62,951 bases of DNA, filler included, from Octopus bimaculoides (GCF_001194135.2; 6 parts of 6 records of this genome joined end to end with filler, not necessarily neighbours in it), one strand, 5' to 3'. Counted from the whole stretch's first letter, positions 38,038-51,285 are shown. Numbers and translations are program-made. The notes: generated by a model from the sequence alone, not told the origin.

Positions 38038-38084
38038 GTAATTGTCTCTGTATCTTTCAAATAAATGTCTGTAAAGGGGGCAAA

Positions 38085-38200
38085 CGTGGCTGTCTGGTTA
38101 GAAGCGTACTTCCCAAAGATATGGTTCTGAGTTCAGTATACCTTATGCAAGTGTCTCGTGATTGGATTTTGTACAAGAAGACTGAAATGAACCCGTTGCG
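38085..38200 (+). mobile_element. Degenerate SINE family B head
   Basis: gtggctgtctggttagaagc...ctgagttcagt...gactgaaatgaacccgttgcg(TA)n. Confidence 0.7.
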
Positions 38201-38999
38201 TATATATATATATATATATATATNNNNNNNNNNNNNNNNNNNNNNNNNNNNNNNNNNNNNNNNNNNNNNNNNNNNNNNNNNNNNNNNNNNNNNNNNNNNN
38301 NNNNNNNNNNNNNNNNNNNNNNNNNNNNNNNNNNNNNNNNNNNNNNNNNNNNNNNNNNNNNNNNNNNNNNNNNNNNNNNNNNNNNNNNNNNNNNNNNNNN
38401 NNNNNNNNNNNNNNNNNNNNNNNNNNNNNNNNNNNNNNNNNNNNNNNNNNNNNNNNNNNNNNNNNNNNNNNNNNNNNNNNNNNNNNNNNNNNNNNNNNNN
38501 NNNNNNNNNNNNNNNNNNNNNNNNNNNNNNNNNNNNNNNNNNNNNNNNNNNNNNNNNNNNNNNNNNNNNNNNNNNNNNNNNNNNNNNNNNNNNNNNNNNN
38601 NNNNNNNNNNNNNNNNNNNNNNNNNNNNNNNNNNNNNNNNNNNNNNNNNNNNNNNNNNNNNNNNNNNNNNNNNNNNNNNNNNNNNNNNNNNNNNNNNNNN
38701 NNNNNNNNNNNNNNNNNNNNNNNNNNNNNNNNNNNNNTATATATATATATATATATATATTTCAATTATGTTGAAACCCTATTTTGTAGAAAACTGTATA
38801 TCTTTATTATCATGGCTGTAATATACTCTAAAATCCTGTAAAACAAATCTTCCGTGTTTTTCAGCTTTTCTCTTTATTTATATCCACCACGTGTGTTTCC
38901 CCACTAAAATATTTTCTACCTTATACATACTTACATACACACACACATACACATATATGTTAAATACAATAACACAACAAAGCCAAGGCAGTGTGAAAT

Positions 39000-39420
39000 T
39001 TCTAGGAATTTTACAAAGAGAAGGGTAGTCTTCCAGCTGTTTCGAGGATGTAAAGATATCCCATCATCACAGACAATGTGAGAGAGCTAAATAAAAGAGA
39101 ATAGCAGAGTTCAATATAAGAAGGTATTTTTAAAGAGAGAGATGTAGGAAGTACAAAAGGAAATATTAGAATAAGAATAATGTTGGATGTTACAGTTGTG
39201 GTTCCATTATCCAAGGAATATGTTGTCTAGAATGCGTAGAGAGGCTTCTTGTTCATGGTATGTAAATTCGATATGAGTTCAAATGTTGTTATTACAAATG
39301 GATAATCTGGAGACATTGACTCCATGTGTTGTCCATTCAAAGGGTTCTTGTAGTGTAAATGAAACTTTGAGTACGTACTGGTAAGGTGGAAGTAGAAAGA
39401 GACAAGAGAACAGATAAATG
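39000..39420 (-). mobile_element. Penelope 3' end/pLTR with a decayed hammerhead
   Basis: Minus strand 39074-39028: GTCT GTGATGA t GGGAT..ATCCT c GAAAC AGCT GGA AGAC. Upstream there is QEPFEWTTHGVN, which is GIY-YIG-terminal-like. Confidence 0.55.
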
Positions 39421-39865
39421 TGTTAGAAGGAGGAAAATGGTATTGGTCAAAAGGAATGGGGGAGGTGAGAAAGAAGAAAGAAGGAAGAGAAAATTATGCA
39501 AGATGGTGGGCAAGATATTGTGAGGAGGAGGAGGAGGAGGAGGAGGAGGAGGGGAGAAGAGAGCTATCAGTAGATAAAAGGAATAGGAGGAGGGGCAGAA
39601 GGAAGAGATAAGAATGTAAAGAAGGAATACGTGTGAGAAGTGGGAGGTGGCGTGATATGTTTTAAAGGCACGAAGTTGGAGAGATGGATAAAGAATGTGA
39701 TACGATGGAGGGTGTACTAAAAGTGAGTAGTAAACCTCATAAAGGAAAGGAAGACTAAGAAGATATAATGGTCAAGTATCTACAGACATACGTAGGCATT
39801 TATTGTACTAGCTAAAGTGATAGTGGGGTCTGATAAATCAGTGCGAAAAATATGTGTATATATAC

Positions 39866-39922
<57 letters not shown>

Positions 39923-40760
39923 NNNNNNNNNNNNNNNNNNNNNNNNNNNNNNNNNNNNNNNNNNNNNNNNNNNNNNNNNNNNNNNNNNNNNNNNNNNNNN
40001 NNNNNNNNNNNNNNNNNNNNNNNNNNNNNNNNNNNNNNNNNNNNNNNNNNNNNNNNNNNNNNNNNNNNNNNNNNNNNNNNNNNNNNNNNNNNNNNNNNNN
40101 NNNNNNNNNNNNNNNNNNNNNNNNNNNNNNNNNNNNNNNNNNNNNNNNNNNNNNNNNNNNNNNNNNNNNNNNNNNNNNNNNNNNNNNNNNNNNNNNNNNN
40201 NNNNNNNNNNNNNNNNNNNNNNNNNNNNNNNNNNNNNNNNNNNNNNNNNNNNNNNNNNNNNNNNNNNNNNNNNNNNNNNNNNNNNNNNNNNNNNNNNNNN
40301 NNNNNNNNNNNNNNNNNNNNNNNNNNNNNNNNNNNNNNNNNNNNNNNNNNNNNNNNNNNNNNNNNNNNNNNNNNNNNNNNNNNNNNNNNNNNNNNNNNNN
40401 NNNNNNNNNNNNNNNNNNNNNNNNNNNNNNNNNNNNNNNNNNNNNNNNNNNNNNNNNNNNNNNNNNNNNNNNNNNNNNNNNNNNNNNNNNNNNNNNNNNN
40501 NNNNNNNNNNNNNNNNNNNNNNNNNNNNNNNNNNNNNNNNNNNNNNNNNNNNNNNNNNNNNNNNNNNNNNNNNNNNNNNNNNNNNNNNNNNNNNNNNNNN
40601 NNNNNNNNNNNNNNNNNNNNNNNNNNNNNNNNNNNNNNNNNNNNNNNNNNNNNNNNNNNNNNNNNNNNNNNNNNNNNNNNNNNNNNNNNNNNNNNNNNNN
40701 NNNNNNNNNNNNNNNNNNNNNNNNNNNNNNNNNNNNNNNNNNNNNNNNNNNNNNNNNNNN

Positions 40761-40813
<53 letters not shown>

Positions 40814-40859
40814 ACGTAAATGTATACGTATATGTGTATATGTATATGTGTATATGGAT

Positions 40860-42219
40860 TTTATGAGTCTTCCTTCTCTATTTATTTTTAGTATTAATTA
40901 ACGTAATTATTGCTCCTAATAATTTTTTCATTCACGATATGTTATAATTTTGATTTTAATCTGGTTAATTCTTTAGTATTTAGGTCTTATCTTAATCTGT
41001 ATTGATAATGATATTTTTATTTAACAAAATTTCTCCTCATTTTTTCTTATATCATATTACAAATTTCCCATGCATTTATCCCTGTAATTTATTATTAGTA
41101 CAGCTTTTCAATACCATAATAATTCTTTGTTAGGTTTAAGGTTAACTCTTTTATCTTATTTTCTTTTTTATTTTCTTTGATATAATTTACTTAACTTATC
41201 CTTTCATCTTTTATCATCTTTGTATAAAATTACATTTTGCATGTACGTTGATCTACCTAATTAAATGCGTGTTATGTCATATAATACACTCCAATTTGTT
41301 TATCTAAATTAAGAACTTTTGGTAAATCTCATATTACCTCCCCTTAATTGTTTAGCATAGTGATATATGACTAAAATNNNNNNNNNNTAAATAACAGAAT
41401 GACGTATTTTATTTCTGATGTATAATCTGATTTGTCAATTAGTCTTATTATTTCCTATATAATAACAGGTATATAATACCTCTACTTATATACGAACTAC
41501 GTAGTCATGTTTATCCCTCTAATTAAGTGCGGTAGAATCCCTGCATACTTGTAGGTATATCATTTTTAATCCCGATTTATCATTAACGTCTTTATTTATT
41601 CTGGATTGTTTTTATTTTTATTTTTATTTATTTATTTTATATTTTATATTTTATTTTATATTTTATTATATTTAGTACTACAATGTACCAAAATAATAGC
41701 ATATCGTGCTGACTCCTAATTCACTGCTTAAATACACAAATATATTATAATTACCTCTGATTACATTTTCAGTTATGCCCCATTTTAAATTTGTTCCGTC
41801 TTTGCTGTTTTTAAATATACATTTTCCCTGCGACCCTGCTATACAAGAAGGCTTTTTTGGTGTAATTCAATGTCATTTAGTTTATTTTCAATTTATTTAT
41901 ATGTAATCATTTCCTCTTACATAATATTTATTTTCTTATTAATTCCTTTATCCCCTTAAGCATGTTTTATAGCATATTTATTTCCGGTTTTTCTAACGAA
42001 ACGCTGTATGTCGGAATTAAAAAAAAAAATTCCCTATCAAGTAGTTGAATATTACTGTTGTTTTCTTTTTTACCTTAAAAGCTTGAAATAAATTTTCTTA
42101 AGGGATGAAAGGATATATTATGTATTCTGATATTTTCTCTTTCCATCTTATATTATTACTATTTATATATCTATTTAAATAAAATTTAATTTCATTATTA
42201 TTATAAACATAAACAATAA

Positions 42220-42263
<44 letters not shown>

Positions 42264-42730
42264 CATTATTATTATTATTATTATATGTAGAATTTATTTA
42301 TCCCTTTCTGATAAATTCGGTTAATATATAATTTCACTGTTTGCTTCTACTTCACATGAGCTTTGTTACTTTAAATTTTTTGGATTGCACTATTATACAT
42401 AAGTATGATATTATACAGCATTATTATATATTTATATATACATGCGTTTTTCTTCTTTTTCTTTTCCTTTTTGTTTATGTCCTTCTCAGTACCCTTCGAT
42501 TTTGTATTAATCTCTTCTTTTCTTTCTTTAAGACACAAAATATACACTACCTTCTCCCACCATGTTGAATTTAGGCCTCCTATAACCGGCTGTCAGGTAA
42601 CGGTTTATAGCTGTTATCTCAACATGTATTTCTAATCGATATATCCTTACTATCTCTGAAGAGATTCATGTTATAATGATCTTAATTTTATAAATTATCT
42701 ACTAAATCGAAATAGTTTCACGGATGTTGT
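40860..42730 (-). mobile_element. Possible highly decayed AT-rich Penelope-like element
   Basis: Minus-strand IGVYYM...LGRST and GINAWEI resemble GIY-YIG motifs. There is a partial CTGAAGA...GAAA motif at 42657-42712, and both ends abut (TA)n. Confidence 0.3.
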
Positions 42731-43492
42731 CATATTTTATAATTAATAAATATTTTATTAATTACCAAATGGGCTGCATTCTATTATATATATATATATA
42801 TATATATATATNNNNNNNNNNNNNNNNNNNNNNNNNNNNNNNNNNNNNNNNNNNNNNNNNNNNNNNNNNNNNNNNNNNNNNNNNNNNNNNNNNNNNNNNN
42901 NNNNNNNNNNNNNNNNNNNNNNNNNNNNNNNNNNNNNNNNNNNNNNNNNNNNNNNNNNNNNNNNNNNNNNNNNNNNNNNNNNNNNNNNNNNNNNNNNNNN
43001 NNNNNNNNNNNNNNNNNNNNNNNNNNNNNNNNNNNNNNNNNNNNNNNNNNNNNNNNNNNNNNNNNNNNNNNNNNNNNNNNNNNNNNNNNNNNNNNNNNNN
43101 NNNNNNNNNNNNNNNNNNNNNNNNNNNNNNNNNNNNNNNNNNNNNNNNNNNNNNNNNNNNNNNNNNNNNNNNNNNNNNNNNNNNNNNNNNNNNNNNNNNN
43201 GGAGACAGAAAAAATAAAGTAATCTATTATTATATCCATAGGCGGATATTTATAGTATGAAGTGGTAAAAAGTGTGATGTGCTGAAAAAAGAGAGAACAG
43301 TACTTGAAGAGTAGCTTCATTCCAGTGGTTATTATCCGTGTAGAAATTCGTGCAGATTAATCCTTGTGTGAATAATCCGGAAATTTATGTTGGAATGAAA
43401 GTTGATATAGCTTAGGTGGCAGAGGTATATATATTCCATCTTGCAATAGATTTTTGCTTGTTTACTTGAAGGATGTCCAAGCCAAGTGAAAC

Positions 43493-45758
43493 GACCCCAG
43501 TACCAGTAAATTCAATCTCACATCTTATAATAATCCTCCACATAACCCTCACCTGGAAAAATTTGAAACGGACATGATTAACTTAATAAAAAACATTAAA
43601 TTCTCTAAATTCTCTAAGTACAATTCTAATTTTCAAAAAAAGCTTTCACAAACCATAAAAAGAATTTCTAATTCCCCTAAGTTACATGTGCTCTCGGACA
43701 AAACAGGAAACTTATATCCCATCACAGTGGAGGAATACATAAAATTCATTAGAAAAGAATTAAACAGGTCTTACAAGCTGGCATCAACATCCGCCTTAAT
43801 TGAGGTAAACACCAGCCACTGCAGAATCATGAAGAAGCTAAAAGTGGACGACAGAACTGATCCGTACTGCCCCACACCTCCACACTTCAACCTCAAGGAT
43901 CACAAAAAGGACTTCAATGCAAAACCTTCGATTCGTCTAATATGCCCGACAAAGTCCGACTTCGGAAGAATTAGTAAAAACATTTTAGACAGGATAATAC
44001 CAATCGTCAAGGAAAAACCACACGCGAATCTATGGTACCACACCGGAGAGGTCATCACATGGTTCCACACCCTGGAGAACAAAAACTCCTTCTCGTTCCT
44101 CCAATTCGATATAAATAATTATTACTCATCTATATCTCCTTAGCTTTTAAATAGGGCCATCCTTCTCACCAGGAATCTTAGTAACATTACATCTTTAGAA
44201 ATTAACATTATAATCAACGCTCGCAAAACTCTTATAGCTTTCGAGAACAAGCTCTGGTGCCGAGCTAATCAACATTCTAATAGCTCAAACAAACCATTTG
44301 ATGTAACCATGGGTTCTTCCGATTCTGCACAGGCCACGGATTTAGTTGGATTATACATACTCCACGAATTAAAATCACACTTCCCTAACATCCACGGCGG
44401 TCTATATAGGGATGACACTTTACTTATTACCAAGACTACTAACAAATCTTGCATTGAGAGAACAAAAAAGGATCTGCACAATTTTTTCTCAGGTATGAAT
44501 CTTTCAATAACATTTGAAAACGCATACAGAACGGCTAACTTCTTAGACGTTTCTCTAAACCTATCTAACTCGCAACACTCCCCCTATCATAAACCCAACC
44601 GGTACCTTAAATACCTCAATATTCAATCTAATCATCACAAATCTACTTTCGACAACATAATCATAGGGATATCTACCCGCTTATCTGATCTATCCTCTTC
44701 TGAAGAAATATTTAACAATCACGCTCCATACTACAACCAAGCACTAGCGGCTAGTGGTTTCTCACAACAAATACAATACATACATAACACCAGACTTAAA
44801 CAATTTATATCAAAAATCACACCCCAACGACATCATATCAATCAAAACCACAACCAACCACCCACATACCCAAATAGACCCCACAATCACACCTATAACA
44901 CTAGGGCTAAATCTAAGATGTTTAAATCAGCTAGCCCTACCAAAAGTATAGACAACTGCCCTCCACTCAAACACCTTAATTACAACATGCGCAAAACCCC
45001 CCAAAAAAGCGGTGGCCGCTCAATCCTGTGGTACACCCCCCATTCTCTCTTAACACTAGCAACCTAGCCAACTCTTTCTTTAAAATACTAGATTCTAACT
45101 TCCCACGACAACACAAATACCACTCTATATTCAACAGATCCACTTTAAAATTATCGTATTCTACCACTCCTAACTTTGAATCTATTATAGCAGCTTCTAA
45201 CAAACATAAACTCTCGCTCTATTACCAAAACCNNNNNNNNNNNNNNNNNNNNNNNNNNNNNNNNNNNNNNNNNNNNNNNNNNNNNNNNNNNNNNNNNNNN
45301 NNNNNNNNNNNNNNNNNNNNNNNNNNNNNNNNNNNNNNNNNNNNNNNGTAAGATACAATGTAATATATAAATGCACCGTCAAAAATCTATTACATAACTC
45401 TATTGCCACGTACATTGGTGCAACTATTAACTTTAAACATCGCTACGCAGCCCACATGCACTCTTTTAGATACGATACACACAGTAAATCTACAACATTA
45501 GCCAATCATATTCATCACCTCAAAAACAAAAATACCCAATACACCTTAAAAGTGTCCATCCTAGACTCTGGAACTCCATACCAGGGCCAGCGCTCCAATT
45601 GCAAGCTTTGCCTAACGGAGGCGTTCCATATTTTAAAATACAATTCTCCCACTTTACTTAATCGATATAATGAAGCGTTTAGCAACTGCAACCACCGCTC
45701 TTTCCGCACATTCAGCTTCTATCACAAGCAAAATTGCGCAAATGATCACGCAACATAA
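43493..45758 (+). pseudogene. PLE polyprotein (RT + GIY-YIG) with one in-frame TAG, one 1-nt deletion and an N-gap
   Basis: TAG at 44141-44143 is in frame with both flanking ORFs. The frameshift lies in the C-run at about 45036-45041 (WYTP|PFSL). GIY-YIG covers 45350-45758. Confidence 0.9.
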
Positions 45759-46646
45759 TAATACAACGCCCCATAGGCAACATATTCAACCTGGCAAAAA
45801 CATCCATCTTTCACCATCTTTTTGAAATAGGATTATTTCCTNNNNNNNNNNCATCCATCTTTCACCATCTTTTTGAAATAGGATTATTTCCTTTCGATCA
45901 TTTCACCACACATATACCACCAAATCTAATTCTCATATTCTCAATTTAACAAGAACACTACCTACACAAACAGATGACGTCACCTCTTTCTATCTCTTTC
46001 CACCGTCTATAAATAGGCTTGGCAGCATCCAAAAATATGATACTACTAACTACCTTTCCCACCCATCCCTCTCCTTTATCTCTGTCCTTCGTTTATCACT
46101 CATACCCCCACTACCTATATACTACACACACGCATTCTTTTCTACTCACTCGACCTTTTAACCTCATCCCCCTATTCCTCCTTCACTCTATACGCTCTTC
46201 CCCTCTACCCTGTTAAGACCAACTGACCATNNNNNNNNNNTTCCCCTCTACCCTGTTAAGACCAACTGACCATAAATATATCGCTACCATCCTCCGCCTC
46301 TATATCTTCTCTATCCCCTTCCAAATTCTGTCGTCTTGACTTGATCTAATTACCGCTAGCTTTTCACTTGTCTTGGACATCTTTCAAGTAAACAAGCAAA
46401 AATCTATTGCAAGATGGAATATATATACCTCTGCCACCTAAGCTATATCAACTTTCGTTCCAACATGAATTTCCGGATTATTCACACAAGGATTAATCTG
46501 CACGAATTTCTACACGGATATTTACCACTGGAATGAAACTACTCTTCAAGTACTGTTCTCTCTTTTTTCAGCACATCACACTCTTTACCACTTCATACTA
46601 TAAATATCCGCCTATGGATATAATAATAGATTACTTTATTTTTTCT

Positions 46647-46695
46647 GTCTCCGATGAAGGGAAGTACTGGATCTTCCCAGAAACAGCTGTAAGAC
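46647..46695 (+). ncRNA. Minimal type I hammerhead ribozyme (U4C core variant, palindromic stem III)
   Basis: GTCT CCGATGA a GGGAAG tactggat CTTCCC a GAAA C AGCT G TA AGAC; predicted cleavage after A46691. Confidence 0.75.
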
Positions 46696-47027
46696 TCTAT
46701 CCNNNNNNNNNNNNNNNNNNNNNNNNNNNNNNNNNNNNNNNNNNNNNNNNNNNNNNNNNNNNNNNNNNNNNNNNNNNNNNNNNNNNNNNNNNNNNNNNNN
46801 NNNNNNNNNNNNNNNNNNNNNNNNNNNNNNNNNNNNNNNNNNNNNNNNNNNNNNNNNNNNNNNNNNNNNNNNNNNNNNNNNNNNNNNNNNNNNNNNNNNN
46901 NNNNNNNNNNNNNNNNNNNNNNNNNNNNNNNNNNNNNNNNNNNNNNNNNNNNNNNNNNNNNNNNTATATATAATTATACATATATATATATATAATTATA
47001 CATATATATATATATAATTATACACAT

Positions 47028-47061
<34 letters not shown>

Positions 47062-47108
47062 ATATATATACATATACATATTGATATATCTATCTATCTA
47101 TATCTATA

Positions 47109-47160
<52 letters not shown>

Positions 47161-47391
47161 AGTGTGTGTGTGTGTGTGTATGTATGCGTGTATGTTTGTA
47201 TGTGTAGATGTACACGTGCATATACGTACGTGAATGCGAGTATATATCAGTTGTGTACTTTTTTGTCAAATAAAACGGAAAATGTATCACTATTAGTTTC
47301 AACCTCTGATGTCTTACATCTACCTGTGTTATTTACAATAAACATGGTGGATTATGGCCATACTAACATGCCTTTTATATTTTCTCTACAG

Positions 47392-47485
47392 ATTTCCTGT
47401 AGAAATCTGAGCCAGTACTGAAAGCTACGACGTTTTGTATACAAATACACCTATGCAAACAATACTATCGAAGATTGAGAAATAA
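47392..47485 (+). other. Candidate non-coding/UTR exon
   Basis: Perfect TACTAAC at 47361-47367, a pyrimidine tract with ctacAG at 47391, and a donor AA|GTAAGG at 47486. All three frames are closed. Confidence 0.3.
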
Positions 47486-48538
47486 GTAAGGGTGTATATG
47501 CGTATTTCAGGAGTTATTGACCCTTCTTCAGTACCACATACAAATCATTAACCAACCACAAACACATTGCTGAAATAGCAATATTAAGTGGTGCAACACG
47601 ATTGGAAAAACCAATTGACATATTAAACACACTCCCAACAACTAGTACGTATATATTAATTGCTGGTAGGGACACCATATTTCGTTTCGGTATCATAAAA
47701 TATCACCCAGAATATCAAAGCTTTAGAATATCAGTAGAGATAACTAAGTGATTGAATCACACCCCTAAATCACAAAAGGAAGACGCAGTATTCACTTATA
47801 AACATTTAATATTATCATTATTAAACTAAATACGGTGTCATTTCCAACAGTTAATAACTATCATGTCTATTGTAATGAGACACCTTTTCCCCATCGTTAC
47901 TGAGTAATTTCCATAAAGTCTTTGTTCATAAATCACAACGAATATACATTTAAATCTACAGAAAACATGACTCTATCAGATCCGTATTAGACTAGTAGCA
48001 AACTAATTCAAGTTGTTGTTCTCTTTTCTTTTAAACTCTCTGAAAATTCGATGATGTAAATTCCATAAACGAAGCCCCTGTTCGAATGCATTAAATAGGC
48101 ATTATTTTTTATCGTACTCATAAACAATATCTTCTTCGTTGTTAACATACCTTTATTATTCCGCTATTATAATCATAAATGTATTGCCTCATCATAAATA
48201 TATTTCCTCTCACAAGCCAGAACATTGATTTACCGGCATTACTCATTTCTTCTTCTTCTTCTTCTTGGCACAATCGTTAGAGAATCGCAGAAAATGTTAT
48301 ACAATATTTGTTCCATCTTTTACTTCCTGAGTTCAAATACAGATCCGTTGAATTTGACTTTCACCTTTCCGGTATCGATAAAATAAGGTACCAGTATAAA
48401 AATTGGGGGGGGGGGCAACGATACCAACTCATCCACTTCTCTTAAAATAGTTTGCTACATGACAAAATATTTCACTTTTCAGAAACTCCATAATATATAA
48501 ACCACAGTGCAATCTATTATGGGACCAAAATACACGCA

Positions 48539-48715
48539 ACCCATTTGTGAGGGCACAGCGTTCATAAGGAGCGCACCCATTCAGGCTACCCATTTAGGAG
48601 GCCACATTGTTCGCAGGAAGCTCTGTTATACGCTGCCAATTTAGGAGGCCATAGCGTTTGCTAGGAGCACTGATATACGCTTCCCATTTCTGAGACCACA
48701 GCGTTCGCAGGGCAG
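48539..48715. repeat. About 47-bp GC-rich minisatellite, about 4 diverged units
   Basis: Units of the form ccattt(a/g/c)..gag(g)ccacagcgttc..aggagc..tatacgct. Confidence 0.75.
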
Positions 48716-51203
48716 CAGTCCTTCATGTTAAAAAAATAACGGTGTTGTGTGAAAATGACGATATTGTGTAGAGGATTGAAATGATTTACAGCGTTTTTGA
48801 CATGAATTTTTGTTGATGTTCGCGTCGTTACTATTTTGCAAACCGTTTCTGTATTTGAGTAGAATTTAGTGGAGAAAGTTTTCAGGCTTTTCTCCTACTT
48901 TAAAAATCCATCGATCATATTAGCTTTTCGTGTTGAAAGTTTGCTGAAAATATAAAACTTCATTACAAGTTTTTCTCTACCTCATCAAGCCGTATTTTGT
49001 TATTTTATATGTTTAAAAAACCACATTTATATAGAAAAAACAAGTTGTTTTCTATTAGCTTCAGTACAAATCAAAACTAATAAAATACATTTAAAAGCTA
49101 ATCTGGAATCCAATACACTTTAAAGATATCATTACCGTGTTTCTGAAGCAAAAGAAAAAAAGCGCTTGCAGATAATATTACACACACACATGCACATAAA
49201 CTTATACAAAAACATATATGAATGCATGTAAATAAACACACATATATGCATATGTACGTCTCTCTCTCTCTCTCTCTCACTTTCTCTCTCTCTCTCTCTC
49301 TCTCTNNNNNNNNNNNNNNNNNNNNNNNNNNNNNNNNNNNNNNNNNNNNNNNNNNNNNNNNNNNNNNNNNNNNNNNNNNNNNNNNNNNNNNNNNNNNNNN
49401 NNNNNNNNNNNNNNNNNNNNNNNNNNNNNNNNNNNNNNNNNNNNNNNNNNNNNNNNNNNNNNNNNNNNNNNNNNNNNNNNNNNNNNNNNNNNNNNNNNNN
49501 NNNNNNNNNNNNNNNNNNNNNNNNNNNNNNNNNNNNNNNNNNNNNNNNNNNNNNNNNNNNNNNNNNNNNNNNNNNNNNNNNNNNNNNNNNNNNNNNNNNN
49601 NNNNNNNNNNNNNNNNNNNNNNNNNNNNNNNNNNNNNNNNNNNNNNNNNNNNNNNNNNNNNNNNNNNNNNNNNNNNNNNNNNNNNNNNNNNNNNNNNNNN
49701 NNNNNNNNNNNNNNNNNNNNNNNNNNNNNNNNNNNNNNNNNNNNNNNNNNNNNNNNNNNNNNNNNNNNNNNNNNNNNNNNNNNNNNNNNNNNNNNNNNNN
49801 NNNNNNNNNNNNNNNNNNNNNNNNNNNNNNNNNNNNNNNNNNNNNNNNNNNNNNNNNNNNNNNNNNNNNNNNNNNNNNNNNNNNNNNNNNNNNNNNNNNN
49901 NNNNNNNNNNNNNNNNNNNNNNNNNNNNNNNNNNNNNNNNNNNNNNNNNNNNNNNNNNNNNNNNNNNNNNNNNNNNNNNNNNNNNNNNNNNNNNNNNNNN
50001 NNNNNNNNNNNNNNNNNNNNNNNNNNNNNNNNNNNNNNNNNNNNNNNNNNNNNNNNNNNNNNNNNNNNNNNNNNNNNNNNNNNNNNNNNNNNNNNNNNNN
50101 NNNNNNNNNNNNNNNNNATATATATATATATATATATATATACATACATACGTATGCATATATTTGTTCGTATGCACATACAAATCCATAGAAAAACATT
50201 GGCACATATAAACGCAACTATATACACACACCAAAAAATAAAAAAAAATACCAAAATAATCACACAACACACAAACATGCATACATTTGAGCAAATAATA
50301 ATAACTTTATCTGCGATATTAAAGCGCTGATAGCAGTAACAAAACAAACATTCTAACAGAGAATATATTGAAGAAGATAAATGAAAACACATGTTAAACC
50401 TATAATACGCTTTGGTGTTGTGATTTATTGTCTGTCATATTATATTTGTTATTTCTGTGGGAATTTTGGCTGATGATTAAATTTTTATCAGGAAATGCAA
50501 ATATCTGCTGTTTATATTTGCATCATATTTATGCAATTTTGTATATTATTTTGTGATATGTTTTCAATGTATTTTATTATTATAATTATAAATTTTATTT
50601 CGAAATGTATTGAAATGTTAGCATGTGTGTCTTTGCATTTTGTCATATGATGATTTGAATGATCGCTCACTCTAGTGTAAATTACATGTAAACCGTTATC
50701 CGAGATATAATCATCTGATAGTACCTTATGGTGTAGTGTAACAAGATGTTATTGCCTATTACACTATAGATATATCAGCAATGATTGAGTATTCAGCATA
50801 AGAACAAACAATCCTTTTACAAAATAGATATGCTGACACACACACGCGCGTGTGTACGTGCACACCCCACCAACAAATAAATCTTTATTGATCACCTGTA
50901 AACGTTCTCTATTTTTTCCGTTCTGTTTCCCTTTTCACCCTATTTAATTCATTTATTTCTGTTAAGTAGCTTCCTAGCAAATATTATTTACGTTGTCCTT
51001 AGATTTTGATTGAAACTATGTCAAAAAGTACATATTTATTCTATTTGAATGTTATTTATATATCATAGGTATCTGACATAAACATATATGCATGATATAG
51101 GCAATTAATATGAGAGCTTAATAAAGGTTTGAATAGTTCATACTCAGCCGTACTCAAACACAAGTAGGCATACAAAAACTCATACACACATACACACACA
51201 CAC

Positions 51204-51285
<82 letters not shown>

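Larger units (their letters stand above)
43201..46702 (+). mobile_element. Near-complete Penelope-like element: inverted 5' pLTR, RT-GIY-YIG ORF, 3' pLTR with hammerhead; sits between (TA)n tracts
   Basis: 43201-43491 is the reverse complement of 46362-46652. ORF motifs: SDKTGNLY, LKDHK..F..KPSIRLICP, FLQFDINNYY, FDVTMGS, GGLYRDD, NFLDVSL, VIYKC..YIG, CKLCLTE, CNH. Confidence 0.95.

Noticed and set aside
42657-42725. CTGAAGA-GATT...AATC-GAAA hammerhead
   Set aside because: Stems I and III do not form; kept only as weak support for a decayed PLE.
43493-45758. Naiad-type selenoprotein or programmed readthrough PLE
   Set aside because: The domain order is RT then GIY-YIG, and the single stop is TAG, not TGA; ordinary mutation suffices.
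45810-46275. Short direct duplications around 10-N gaps (also about 60355-60460 and 60541-60650)
   Set aside because: Unmerged contig overlaps; assembly artefacts.
50647-50718. C/D-like ATGATGA...CTGA, 72 nt
   Set aside because: No terminal stem and no identifiable guide complementarity.
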